DNA from: Negaprion brevirostris
Lineage: Eukaryota
Reading direction: 5' to 3'
Length of the DNA: 64,000 bases
Assembly: GCA_030324005.1 (NCBI GenBank)
Contig: JARDVH010000157.1
Span: 21,608,618 to 21,672,617, forward strand
Shown: piece by piece, positions 1 through 11,714 of the stretch
Numbering within the stretch: position 1 is the stretch's first letter
Layout of the letters: every line of letters starts with the position of its first letter
The notes under the pieces: model-generated
Database searches by the model: none
Told to the model about the DNA's origin: nothing
The model's input: only the letters and a program-made list of their open reading frames with translations
Position numbers and translations under genes: made by a program

Positions 1-61
1 CATGTGATTGCCTTAGCCCCCTTGGATGTTATGGGCAAATGAAACTATGTTGCGTTGTCAT

Positions 62-870
62 ACATAGAAATATAGAAGATAGGAGCAGGAGGAGGTCATT
101 CATTATGATCATGGCTGCTCATCCAACTCAATAGTCTAATCCTGCTTTTTCGCCATAACGTTCAATCCTATTCGCCCCAAGTGCTATGTCCAGCCGCCTC
201 TTGAATACATTCAATGTTCTGGAATCATCTACATCGGTGGTAATGAATTCTACACGCTCACCACTCTTTTGTAAAGAAACGTCTCCCCACCTCTGTCCTA
301 AATAGTCTATCCTGAATCCTCAGACTGTGACCCCTGGTTCTGGACTCCCTCCACCATCGGGAATATCCTTCCTGCATCTACCCTGTCTTGTCCTGTTAGA
401 ATTTTATATGGCTCTATGAAATTCTCCCTCATTTGCCTGAAGTCCAATAAAGCAATCTTGATCTAGTCAATCTCTCATACATCAGTCCCACCATCCCCGC
501 AATCAGCCTGATAAACCTTCGCTGCACTCCCTCGAGAGCAAGAACATCCTTCCTCAGAAAAGAAGGACTGCTCACAATACTTTAGGTGTGGCCTCAGCAA
601 GGCCCTGTATAATTGCAATAACAAATTCCTGTTCCTGAACTTGAAACCTCTCGGAATGAAGGCCAACATGTCATTTCCCTTCCTTACGGCCTGCTGCACC
701 TGCATGCCTACCTTCAGTGGTGCACAAGGACACCCAGGTCCTGCTGCACATTCCCCTCTCCCAATTTATAGCCATTCAGATAGTAATCTGCCTTCTTGCT
801 TTTGCTTCCAAAGTGTATTTTACGTCACATTTATCCAAATTGTACTGCATGTGCCATTGGTTTGCCCACT
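62..870 (-). mobile_element. CR1-type LINE 3' fragment (decayed)
   Basis: Minus-strand ORF 475..705 (MLAFIPRGFKFRNRNLLLQLYRALLRPHLKYC) is the CR1 ORF2 C-terminal signature. A CR1-type 3' tail lies at the left end. Confidence 0.9.
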
Positions 871-1816
871 CACAAACATACAAACCAAAGGTTCCCAAAT
901 TTGATTCCTGGTCTGGGCTGAGTTACTTCTCTCAATCATCAAAGTCTTCCCATTAGGTCTAGTGTCCCAGGGAAGAACATTGCCATTAAGAGCACACTTA
1001 GCAAGTTGGGAAAACATGAAGTACTATGCTCTCGGTAACAGAGAATGCAGCTTGTGGCTATTGGTCAGATCTTTGATGGTTCTGGAGAAATTGTACAACC
1101 TGTAGGGAGAAACTCTATAAGTAATTATTGGAGGGAAAACATCAATTTGGGTGTGTCAACAGACTCAAGAACAGGGGAGAGGGAATAACTTACATAAATG
1201 AAGTCTTTGTTCCAATGATAAAGGTGTTGAATGTATACAGTACAGCAGCGTATATGATGAAACGTGGAACTTGATAACATTGTAAAAAGGAATGCATGTG
1301 TCATAAGACAAGATATAGAATGCAGTCAAAAGTATGAATATAGAAGAGAGAGGTTATTGACAAGGCTGCAGGCAGCCTTGGGGAAAGTAGGGAGGATATT
1401 TACAGAGTAACAGATGTGTGAGTATAGGGAACATTGGAGGATATTTTCATTACAGCAGGCAGTGTGTACGGGGGATTTATACTGTTGGTGGGTGGGTATA
1501 TGGGGTTATAGGATGTATATTTACAGAGCTGCTGTTTGGGTATATAGGGTGTATATTTACAGTGCTGCTGGGTGGGTATATGGGGTTTTAGGGTATATGG
1601 GCTTACAGGATGTATATTTACTATGTAGTAGGGTGGGTGTATGGGGTTATAGTGTTATATATACAGCATTGCAAGGTGGATATATGGTATTATAGGGTGT
1701 ATATTTACAGTGCTGCAATGTGGGTATATGGTGTCACAGCGTATATGGGGTGCATATTTAGTGCTGCTGGGTAGTTATATGGGGCTTTAGAATATATGGG
1801 GTATATTGGGTTTTTG

Positions 1817-2129
1817 GAATTATAGAATCTACAGTGCAGAAGAAGGCCATTTGGCCCATTGAGCCTGCACCAACAATCCCATCCAGATCTTATCCCTGTT
1901 ACCCTACCTATTTACCCGCTTAATCCCCCTGACATTAAGAAGCAAGTTAGCATGGCCAATCAACCTAACCTGCACATCTTTGGAGTGTGGGAGGAAATCA
2001 GAGCACTCGGAGGAAACACATGCAGATACAGGGAGAACATGCAAACTCCACACAGACAGTGACCCAAGGATGGATATTGAACCCAGGTCCCTGGCACTGT
2101 GAGGCAGCAGTGCTAATTATGCCACCATG
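1817..2129 (-). mobile_element. HE1-type tRNA-derived V-SINE inserted in the minisatellite
   Basis: The reverse complement shows a tRNA-like head (GCACTGCTGCCTCACAGTGCCAGGGACCTGGGTTCAA), the V-domain core and a CR1-like GATTCTAT tail. Confidence 0.9.
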
Positions 2130-2350
2130 TATTTACAGTGTTACTGGGTGGTGTATCAGGATATACAGATATATATGCTATATATATTCACTGCTGCCTG
2201 GGTATATGGGGTTACAGTGTACATGGGAGTATATTGACTGTATGTTTACAGTGCTGAGGGGTGTGTATATGGGGTCTCAGGATAAATGGGTGTATATGAG
2301 GTGTATATTTGCAGTGCTGCTGTGTGGGTATATAAGATTTTATTGTATAT

Positions 2351-2622
2351 CATAGAATCATAGAATTTCTACAGTGCAGAAAGAGGCCATTCAGCCCATC
2401 AAGACTGCACAGACCATAATCCCACCCAGGCCCTTTCCCATCACCTCACATATTTACCCTGCTAATCCCCCTGACACTAGGATCAATTTAGCATGGCCGA
2501 TCAATCTAATCCGCACATCTTTGGACTGTGGGAAGAAACCGGAGCACCTGGAGGAAACTCCACACAGACAGTAACCTGAGACTGGAATTCAACTTGGGTC
2601 CCTGGCACTGCGAGGCAGCAGT
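2351..2622 (-). mobile_element. HE1-type V-SINE inserted in the minisatellite
   Basis: Aligns by eye with the 1817-2129 copy, with an internal deletion; CATAGAAT tail repeats. Confidence 0.9.
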
Positions 2623-5189
2623 ACATTTACAGTGCTGCTGGGTGGATACATGGGAATAGATGGGGTGTATATTAATAGTGCTGCTGGATGGGTATATGGG
2701 GTTTTAGGTTATGTGTGGTGTATATTTACAGTGCTGCTGGGTGGTATATGGGGTTATAGTTGTATGGGGGTATTTATGGTGTATATTTCAAGTGCTGCTC
2801 GGTAGATATATGGAGTTTTAGGGTATTTATTGTTTATACTTACAGTGCAGCAGGGTGAGTGTATGGGTTTTAGGGTATATGAGGGTGTATTGGTGTACAT
2901 TTAAAGTGTTGCTGTGTGGGTATATATAGAGTTATAGCATATATGAGGGCATATTGTATATTTACAGTGCTGCTGGATGGGTATATGGGGTTATAGGGTA
3001 TATGGATGGTATATTGGTCTATATGCTGGGTGGGTACATGGTGGGTATATGGGGTTATAGTTTATATGAGGTATATTGGTTTATATTTACAGTGCTGCTG
3101 GGTTGGTATATGGGGCTTTAGGGTATATGGGATGTATGTTTACAGTGCTGCTGGGCAGGTATGTGGGGTTTACAGTATATGTGGTGAATATTCACACTGC
3201 TGCTGTGTGGGTATATGGCATTTATGGTATATCAGGTTTATGCTTACAGTGCTGCTGCGTAGGTATATGGGTTATAGTATATATGGGGGTAATTTGGTGT
3301 ATATCATTGCAGTGCTGCTGGGTGGGTATATGGGGATTTAGGGTATATTGGTGCATATGCTGAATGGATAAATTGGATTTTAAGGTATATGGGGGTATAT
3401 TGATGTATATGATGGGTGGATATATGGAGTTATCGTGGATATGGGTTATATTGGTGTATATGTTGGGTGGGTATATGGGGTTTTAGGGCATATTTGTGTA
3501 CATGCTGAGTGGGTGTATGGCGTTATACTGTGTACGGGGGCATATTAGTGTATAAGCTGGGTGGGTATATGGGATTTAGGGTATATTGATGTATATGCTG
3601 GGTGGGTATAGTTGTGTATATACTAGGTGGGTATAAGGGTTTTTTTGATATATTGCTATATATACTGGTAGGTATATGGGGTTATAGTGTGTATGGGGAT
3701 ATATTGGTGTATAGGCTGGGTGAGTATATGGAGTTTTAAGGTAATTTGGTGTATCAGATGGGTGGGTATATGGGGTTTTAGGGGATATTGGTGCATATGC
3801 TGATTGGGTATATGGGGTTTTAAGGTATACTGGTGCATATGCTGGGTGGGTATTTGGGGTTTAGGATATATTGGTATATATGCTGGGTGGGTATATGGAT
3901 TTTTAGGGTGTATAGGTGTACATGCTGTCTGGGTATTTGGGGTTTCAGTGAATATTGATGAAAATGCTGGTTGGTTATATGTAGTTTCAGGGTATATTGG
4001 CATATATGCTGGATGGGTATATGGAGTCTTAGGGTATATTGGTGTATATTTTGGGTGGGTAAATGGGGTTTCAGGGTATATTGGTGTATATGCTGGTTGG
4101 GTATAGGTGGTTTTAGGGTATAGTTGTGTATATGCTGGTTGGATATATGTGGTTTTAGGGTATAGTTGTGTATATGCTGGGTGGGTATATGGGGTTTTAG
4201 GGTATATTTGTGTATATGTTGGGTGGGTATATGGGGTTTTAGGTATGTTGGTGTACATGCTGCGTGGAAAATGGGGTTTTAGGATACATTGGTATATTTA
4301 CTGGGTGGGTATCAGGGTTTTAGGGTATATTGGTGTATATGCTGGGTAGGCATATGGGATTATAGGATATATTGGTGTATATGCTGGGTAGGTTTATGAG
4401 GTTTTACAGTATATTGCTATCTATCTATATATGCTGGGAAGCTTTATGTGGTTTTAGGGCATATTGATTCATATGCTGGGAGGGTATAAGGGGTTTTAGG
4501 GTATGTTGGTGTACGTGCTGGGTGGGTTATGGGGTTTTAGGTTTTATTGGTTTATATGCTGGGTGGATATATGGACTCTTAGGGTAATNNNNNNNNNNNN
4601 NNNNNNNNNNNNNNNNNNNNNNNNNNNNNNNNNNNNNNNNNNNNNNNNNNNNNNNNNNNNNNNNNNNNNNNNNNNNNNNNNNNNNNNNCTGGTTGGATAT
4701 ATGTTGTTTTAGGGTATTTTTGTGTATATGCTGGGTGGGTATATGGGGTTTTAGGGTAAATTTCTGTATATGCTGGGAGGGTATATGAGGTTTTAGGGTA
4801 TATTGGTGCATATACTGGGTGGGTATATGGGATTTTAGGATATATTGGTGTATATGCTGGGTGGGTATATATGGTTTTAGGGCATATTAGTGTCTATGCT
4901 TGGTGGGTATATGGGGTTTAGAGTATTTTGGTGTATATGCTGGGTGGGTATATGGGGTTTTAGGGTATATTAGTGTATATGTTGGTTGGGTATATGGGGG
5001 TTTAGGGTATATTGGTGTACGTGATCGGTGGGTATATGGGGTTTTAGGGGAAATTTGGTGTATATGCTGTGTGAGTATATGGGGTTTTAGAGTATATTGG
5101 TGTACATGCAGGGTGGGTATATGGGGTTTTAGAGTATATTGGCGTACGTCCTGGGTCGGTATATGGGGTTTAGGGTATATTGGTATAAG

Positions 5190-5700
5190 AGGCTGTGTGG
5201 ATTTCTGCTGAGCCGCCACTTCCGCATTGTGAGGCCCATACTTGGGCAAGCTGGAGGCTCGGCCGCCGATTGGCTGAGCGCGGGGTTGGCTGCGTGACCC
5301 GGATGATCACTCGGGCCCGAGGAAGGAGCCGTCCGCGAGAGCGCCGCCGCCAACCGTCACCGCCGCCATGGTGAGTACGGGGCCGGGGGTGAGAGAGCGA
5401 GGCACCGGGGGCAGCTTGTCCGGTTGTGCCCCCTCAACCTCGGGGGCGGGGATGTCCGTGTTAGAAACCGCCTCTTTTATTTGTGAGAGAGGAGCGGAAA
5501 TCGGGGCGGAGAGCCGGCCAGACCTCCATTCTGCTGCGCTCCTGCCTTCCCCGGTCTCTGCTTCATCTCCCTTCCCCGAGCCCGGCCACCCTTTTCGAGA
5601 CTGTGGTCAACCTCCTTCCCCCCCGCTGCCACCCCGTCAGCTCTCCTCTCCCACCCCACCCCCACATTGCGCCTCCCTGTACCAGTGGAGGTAAACTTCC
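5190..5700 (+). promoter_or_regulatory. CpG-island promoter, 5' UTR and start of intron 1 of CAPZB
   Basis: The only extended GC- and CpG-rich segment of the window. Contains an ETS-like ACTTCCG (5218-5224), an inverted CCAAT box ATTGG (5269-5273), CCGGATG (5299-5305) and GGGGCGG boxes downstream of the donor. Confidence 0.85.
5368..5370 (+). CDS. CAPZB: CAPZB coding exon 1 (initiator ATG only)
   Basis: Kozak context CCGCCGCC-ATG followed directly by the consensus donor GTGAGT (5371-5376), inside a CpG island. A phase-0 join to exon 2 gives [11 protein letters not shown], matching the vertebrate CAPZB N-terminus (human [11 protein letters not shown]). Confidence 0.9.
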
Positions 5701-6237
5701 TGCCCCAATGCTGTTCCTCATTCACACCATGTCTGACTGGGGGCCTTGCCTGCAGTCTTCTCTCCTCTGGGAGTGTCAACAAGCCCGCCCTCTGCCAGCA
5801 GCCCAGCCTCCTTCAGGGGGCCCCTTCAACTCTGTTGTCGCACCCTATGTTCTGTGGCGTTATGAACCTCCCAACCGCTGAAAGCGAACTTGCCAAAAGG
5901 GCAGTTGGGTTCCTGTCTAATTCCTGTCAGGTTATTGTGATCTCTCCAAGTTTCCCATTGTGCATCTTCAAGAAAATGTGTGGCTCAACACAGGACAAAG
6001 CTGCTCAGCCTCCTTCCAGGGCTACTAGATGGGGTTCAGGCAGTTTTCTCTTTAACTGCTCAGTCCTCACCAGTATAATTAGATGATTATCTAATTCATT
6101 AGTTTGCAACTTGTGGACGGTCAGATTGTATTGCATCTTGCTCAGGTACAATGTTTCTGGAGTTTATAATCCAGTGGATTCTGATCTTTGTCCTTATTCA
6201 ATGAATGATATCAACATACTCAAACCATCCACGTTTT

Positions 6238-6587
6238 GGGGAGGTGATGGCCTAGTGGTATTATCACAACACCATTAATCCAGAAAATCAGCTAATGTCC
6301 TGGGGACTTGGGTTTGAATCCCACCATGGCAGATGATGGCATTTGAATTCAATAAAAAATATCTGGAATTAAGAATCGACTGATGACCGTGAATCCATTG
6401 TCGATTATCGGAAAAACCCATCTGGTTCACTAGTGTCCTTTAGGGAAGGAAATTGCTATCCTTCCATGTGACTCCAGAGCCACAGCAATGTGATTGGAGG
6501 GCAGTTGAGAGTCAATGGCAACAAGGGATGGGCAATAAATGATGGCCAGCCAGTGAAGTCCATGTTCCACAAATGAATAAAAAAAAA
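6238..6587 (+). mobile_element. tRNA-derived SINE (second family, with a LINE-shared 3' tail)
   Basis: A-box TGGCCTAGTGG, B-box GGTTTGAATCC, and a 3' end GGGATGGGCAATAAATG...ATGAATAAAAAAAAA shared with LINE tails in this window. Three further copies are present. Confidence 0.85.
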
Positions 6588-6709
6588 TCCTTGTCTGCAG
6601 GATGTTTCATCAGAGAGTTGGATGTGTACATCCTCTGGACACGTGAATATTTATAATTTGCCTCCTTGTATGTATTATTAAGTATTTTGGCCTCCATTCC
6701 CCCTCCTTT

Positions 6710-7160
6710 AGAGGAGATTTACCAGGATGTTGCCTGGTATGGTGGGAAGGTCTTGTGAGGAAAGGCTGAGGAATTTGAGGCTGTTTTCATTAGAAGAAGG
6801 TTAAAAGATGACTTAATAGAGGCATACAAGATGATCAGAGGAATAGATTGGGTGGATAGTGAGAGCCTTTTTCCTTGGATGGTGATGGTCACTGTGAGGG
6901 GACAGCTTTAAATTGAGGGGTGATAGATATAGGATAGATGTCAGAGATAGGCTCTTTACTCAGAGAGTAGTAAGGGTGTGGAACGCCCTCCCTGCAACAG
7001 TAGTGGACTCGCCAACATTAAGAGCATTTAAATGGTCATTGGATAAACACATGGATGATATTGGAATAATGTACGTGAGATGGGCTTTAGATTGGTTTCA
7101 CAGGTCGGCGCAACATCGAGGGCCAAAGGGCCTATACTTCGCTGTTAAGTTCTATGTTCC
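6710..7160 (+). mobile_element. CR1/HER1-like LINE 3' fragment
   Basis: Encodes RGDRYRIDVRDRLFTQRVVRVWNALPATVV (CR1 ORF2 C-terminus) and ends in an ...AAGGGCCT...TTCTATGTTC tail. Confidence 0.9.
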
Positions 7161-8299
7161 TTCATTTCTATCATTGGCACATCAGAGATGCTTGACTGTA
7201 AAATGAGGAAGTTATCTGGATGACAGATTGGGTTCATGATTTGTTGGTGATTAACCAATACATATCTTGTAATGTTGAAGATTGTTTCTGCAGGATCTTT
7301 TTTCTGAAATCTTTGAATGGCTTGCATTGGGGAAATTCACACTTTTGTTCACTTATTTTCACCGATTAAATTTTCCAAGATGTCATTTTGTGTCTGCAGT
7401 TCCTAGTCTGAAAAAGATCCCTTTGTTGATCAAATGCTTGCGACAACAGGTTTGTAACTGCTGATGAGTCTTTTGGTCAGGAAGAGGATGGTGGGGGTAT
7501 TATCCAGGTCATAGCTCAATCTAAACTATTGGCAGTATTTTTGTCTCTACATGACTGGAATGCATGTAAGGTTATTTACAATAGACTGACATTCCACTTC
7601 TGCCTTGATATTTGTCATGCCGTCGTTCTCATTTCTTGCTAGTTTGAATTGAAAGGAATGCTGAAAGCTTTGAATTCAAATAATCCCTTATTCTTAACAC
7701 CTTTTACACAGACTGAAAGACTTTTCTTGTCATGCTCTTAATATTTTGTTACTAACAGGACTTCAGAAAAACATAATGGGTTTTTGAATCTTTTAATGCC
7801 TTTTGCAGTTGAATTCCAAAGTCAGTATAGTGAGAATATAGATTTTGTTTTCTTCAAACTTGGTCTATGTTGGAAGAGTTTTGCAGATTATGACACTTGT
7901 TTGAAGTATTGTTGGTTGTAAGTCTCATTTCATGGCGGGAGCAGTTTCACATGATGACTCACAGCATTGAAGCCTGTAGTGTTTCCTCTACTGTAAGTAA
8001 GCCTTGCGACAACACCTCTTCTAATGGATCCTTTTAACTTAATCATGAAGCATTTTTGAGATACTTCATGACGCTTTTTCATCACCTGATTGTCCTTAAT
8101 GTTCCTCTATCAAATGCTATATATGAATGAGCAGTTTTCATTTTGGTCTTTTAAAATACTCCCTTGAGCCCCTTCATCAGGTGTGTGTGTGGCCTAAGAA
8201 TTATTCACAGTTGCCCAAGCCCTTACTGTGCAGAACCTGGGATGCCTCATCTCTCATTCAGAAAGATCAGTAACTTGGAGGGTGGGGGAAGAACAGACT

Positions 8300-8680
8300 G
8301 AATAAAGGAATTTGAATTTAAGAGTATCTTGCGTGACCATGGGATATCCCAAAGTGCTTTAGATGAAAAAGTTTTGCATAGCAGGAATTGTTACAGTGTA
8401 GTAAATATGGCAGCCAGTATGCGCACAAAGGTCCCACGAATAGCAGTGTGATAATTGTTTTTTTTTGTGATTTAGTCTTGACATCAAGTGAACTCCCGGC
8501 TTGTTGAAAATATTGAATGGGATCTTATCCATCTGCTTCAGAGAGCAGAAATGAGCTCTGTTTAACATACAGTTAAAAGTCTGTTTCAGTATTGCGTTGG
8601 AACCTAACTTATGTTGTCAAATCTATGGGAAGGGACTTGGACCTACAGTCTTCTGACTCAGGCATAAGTAGTGTCACTGA
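8300..8680 (-). mobile_element. Deu-domain SINE (SacSINE1/AmnSINE1-like), diverged
   Basis: The reverse complement resembles the copy at 11715-12065 (AAGATCCCAT, TTGTGCGCATACTGGCTGCC, AAAGCACTTTGGGA). Confidence 0.65.
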
Positions 8681-9013
8681 TCCTGTTTGTTTCTATACCT
8701 TTTTGAAAAGTCTAGGATGCATATCCTTTTTAAGTGTATATGGTCTGCCTGCCCTTGAATTTCCCTCTAGCATACTCATTTTTTGTGTGGTGCATAATAT
8801 TTGTGACTTGGACATGAGACTGTTCCACATTTTTTTGTTGTGTGTGAGGTTGCAGCTGTCCTTCCACCATGAACATGCTTCTCCACAGCCTCTGGCTTCG
8901 CATCAGTCCCTCAATTAAGGTATTTGAGCACCAAGTGTGGCGGGTGATGGGATTGTCAGAGAAACTTTTTGTGGATTTGCTCCTGGACCTAGCCATTAAT
9001 GGCTATTCACATG

Positions 9014-9092
9014 AATAAACCTGTTGGACTTTAACCTGGTGTTGTGCGACTTCTTATTGTGCCCATCCCAGTCCAACGCTGGCATATCCACG
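9014..9092 (+). mobile_element. Penelope-like element terminal fragment
   Basis: AATAAACCTGTTGGACTTTAACCTGGTGTTGTGCGACTTCTTA matches the reverse complement of 17519-17562, the end of the GIY-YIG-bearing element. Confidence 0.75.
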
Positions 9093-9319
9093 TGTCCAGG
9101 TTGAATGTTGTTTTTCGGGGGTGGGTGGGTGCTGAAGGGGGGGATTGGCAGCTACCTACCTTTCTGTGCCAGAATAGACCTGGAGAAGCAGTATATAGTG
9201 TAAGCTTGAAATTATCTCAAGTGGTGGGTATCTCTAGGATTGTAGAGTGTACTGGAAAATGGATGTATTAATTTTATATTCTTTTGTTTTGTCACTTGAT
9301 TCATTATCAGTTCTACCCT

Positions 9320-9479
9320 CCAAAGATGTGTAGGTTAGGTGGATTAGCCATAGTAAATGTGAGGGGATAAGATGGGAGCGGGTGTAGGCCTGGTTAAGAT
9401 GATAAAATGCTCCTTTGGAGTGTCAGACAGATTTGATGGTACAAGTGGGCTCCTTTGGCACTGTAGGGATTCTATGATT
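9320..9479 (+). mobile_element. HE1-type SINE 3' half
   Basis: CCAAAGATGTGTAGGTTAGGTGGATTAGCCAT ... CTGTAGGGATTCTATGATT. Confidence 0.8.
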
Positions 9480-9754
9480 TGATGGGCTGTCAGGAGAAGG
9501 AGTAGACTAATTTTCTTTACTACTTGTTTAATTCTGTTCTGAAATGTATGTCACTTAAAGTTTGAAAGAGGGAGGAGAGGGAAGATTAATGTGGAGTTGG
9601 TGGCTGTTTCTGAGCCTCAAAGTTCCTGTTGCTTGACCTTTTGTCAATGACAGAAATTGATTTCTGATGTGCCGGTAACTTTATTAAAAAGACATTGAAC
9701 TTTTTGTGCAAATTGACTCGCTACTAGTTTGATAATGTAAACTATCTCACTTAA

Positions 9755-10700
9755 CTATTCACATTATATATTAATGATTTGGAAGAGGGAAGTGAATGCA
9801 TTATCTCCACATTTGCAGATGATACATAGTTGGGTGGGACAGTGAGCTGTGAGGAGGATGCAGAGATGCTTCAGCGTGCTTTGGCCAGGCTGCGTATGTG
9901 GGCATGGGCATGGCAGATGCAGAATAATGTGGATAAATGTGCAGTTATTCACTTTGGTAGCAATAACAGGGAGACAGATTACTACTTGAATGGGTGTCAA
10001 TTGAGAAAGATGGATACTCAATGAGACCTTGGAGTCCTCGTCCATCAGCCGCTGAAAGTAAGTGCACAGATAACAGGCAGTAAAGGCGGCAAATGGCATG
10101 TTGGCCTTCATAGCAAGAGGATTTGAACATAAGGTTAAGGATGTTTTGCTGCAATTGTATAGGGCATTGGTAAGGCCACACCTGGATTATTGTGTGCAGT
10201 TTTGGTGTCCTTATTGGAGGAAGGATGTCCTTGCTATAGAGGGAGTACAACAAAGGTTTACCGGGCTGATTCCTGGGTTGACAGGTCTGTTGGGGAGAAA
10301 CTAAGTCGTTTAAGATTATATCCACTGGAGTTTAGAAGAGTGAGTTGTGATCACATAGAAACTTAAAAAATTCTAACAGGGCTAGATATGGTAGATTCAA
10401 AAAGAGTGTTCCCAATGGTGGGGGAGTCCAGAACTAGGGGCCATTGTTTGAGGATAACAGGGTAAACCTTTTAGAACTGAGGTGAGGAAATAAATTCGCC
10501 AGAGGGTGATGAATGTGTCGAATGCAGTTGAAGCCAAAATGTTGTCTGATTTCAAGAAGAAATTGGATATAGCTCTTGGGGTTAAAGGGATCAAGGCATA
10601 TGGGAGGAATGGGGGAGGGTCAGGATATTGAATTCAATGATCAACCATGATCAAAATGAATGACAGAACTGGCACAAAGGGCCTATTAATGCTTTTAATA
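9755..10700 (+). mobile_element. CR1-type LINE 3' fragment (RT C-terminal part to tail)
   Basis: YINDLEEGSECIISTFADDT (RT catalytic region), then MLAFIARGFEHKVKDVLLQLYRALVRPHLDYCVQFW; contains stops and frameshifts. Confidence 0.92.
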
Positions 10701-11369
10701 TCTATTTAACGTCCCAGACCAAGAAAAATGATGTTTATTTTCTTTTATGCTATACTGCTCTTTGATTTNNNNNNNNNNNNNNNNNNNNNNNNNNNNNNNN
10801 NNNNNNNNNNNNNNNNNNNNNNNNNNNNNNNNNNNNNNNNNNNNNNNNNNNNNNNNNNNNNNNNNNNNNNNNNNNNNNNNNNNNNNNNNNNNNNNNNNNN
10901 NNNNNNNNGAGTGTCCTAGGATAGTTTGAGGGTGAGTCAGCCTATTTAACACTGCTCCAAGAGTGTTTGGATTGTTGTTTAATATTTGTTCAAGACCTGA
11001 CTAATGCATTCGGATTCTCAATCCCTTATCTCAGTTATGGAATATCGTTTTCTTTTCCAGATCATAATTTTTCCATTATACTTCACCTTTTAGCTTGGTC
11101 ATTAAACAGCATGTTGCTTCAGACAGCAGGCCTGAATATTTGGTCTTAAAACAAGTGATTTTCTGAATTTATGTTTGGAGCAGCCAGATCTGGTCCAAAG
11201 AATGAATTGGAGAACTGAGAGCACCATGAATAGTGCCACTTTTCTTGCTGTGTTGTTCCACTGAGATTACTTTATGCATAAAAGGTTAATAGTCATTGAG
11301 TTCTAGCATGCTTAAAAGGAACAGATTTGGACCAATGGTTTCCAAAGCTTTACACTTTACTTTGATTTA

Positions 11370-11528
11370 ACTGTTTGCTCAAATTCAGGGCCGTGGCAGT
11401 TGCAGCCTATCCCAACAAACACTGGCCTTGAGCGAGGTATACCGAGGACAGGACTCCTGTCTGTCACAGGGCACACGCACACGCACGTGCACATGCATGC
11501 ACACACGTGCAATTTACCGTGGCCAACC
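11370..11528 (-). mobile_element. V-SINE 3' fragment with (TG)n tract and a fish-type tail
   Basis: Reverse complement: GGTTGGCCACGGTAAATTGC-(TG-rich tract)-GCCCTGTGACAGACAGGAGTCCTGTCCTCGGTATACCTCGC...GGGATAGGCTGCA...CCCTGAA. Resembles teleost V-SINE tails from memory. Confidence 0.55.
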
Positions 11529-11714
11529 CCAAAAGCTTTACACCATTAAGTCTCCTCACCTTGTATCAGGTCTATTGAAGACCATTTGATAGAAAATGAT
11601 TCCCATGATTAGTTAGTAACTCCATTACTGTTGTATAATTTGACCACCAGATTGGTTAAGGGCAAACTAGTTGGACCTTGGTATACTTCGCCTAACAATT
11701 CTTCTGTTCCTCGT

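Larger units (their letters stand above)
1450..5186 (+). repeat. G/T-rich minisatellite array (42-bp unit in the proximal part, longer ~50-bp unit in the distal part)
   Basis: Proximal unit GGGTATATTGGTGTATATGCTGGGTGGGTATATGGGGTTTTA (42 nt), which produces the 14-aa periodicity YTPIYPKTPYTHPA in the minus-strand ORFs. Distal units carry TTTACAGTGCTGCTG. Interrupted by two SINEs and one N gap. Confidence 0.95.

Noticed and set aside
1450-5186. CRISPR-like or telomeric interpretation of the repeat array
   Set aside because: No unique spacers and a vertebrate context. TTAGGG occurs only once per 42-bp unit, not as a tandem telomeric array.
3006-5249. Long ORFs with YTPIYPKTPYTHPA or GYIGVYAGWVYGVL repeats resembling extensin or keratin-associated proteins
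   Set aside because: They are translations of a 42-bp (multiple of three) minisatellite, open on both strands and in several frames, broken by indels, and show no gene structure.
5129-6086. Cluster of overlapping ORFs, including 5368..5694 starting at the CAPZB ATG
   Set aside because: Stop-poor GC-rich island sequence. The real frame leaves at the GTGAGT donor right after the ATG.
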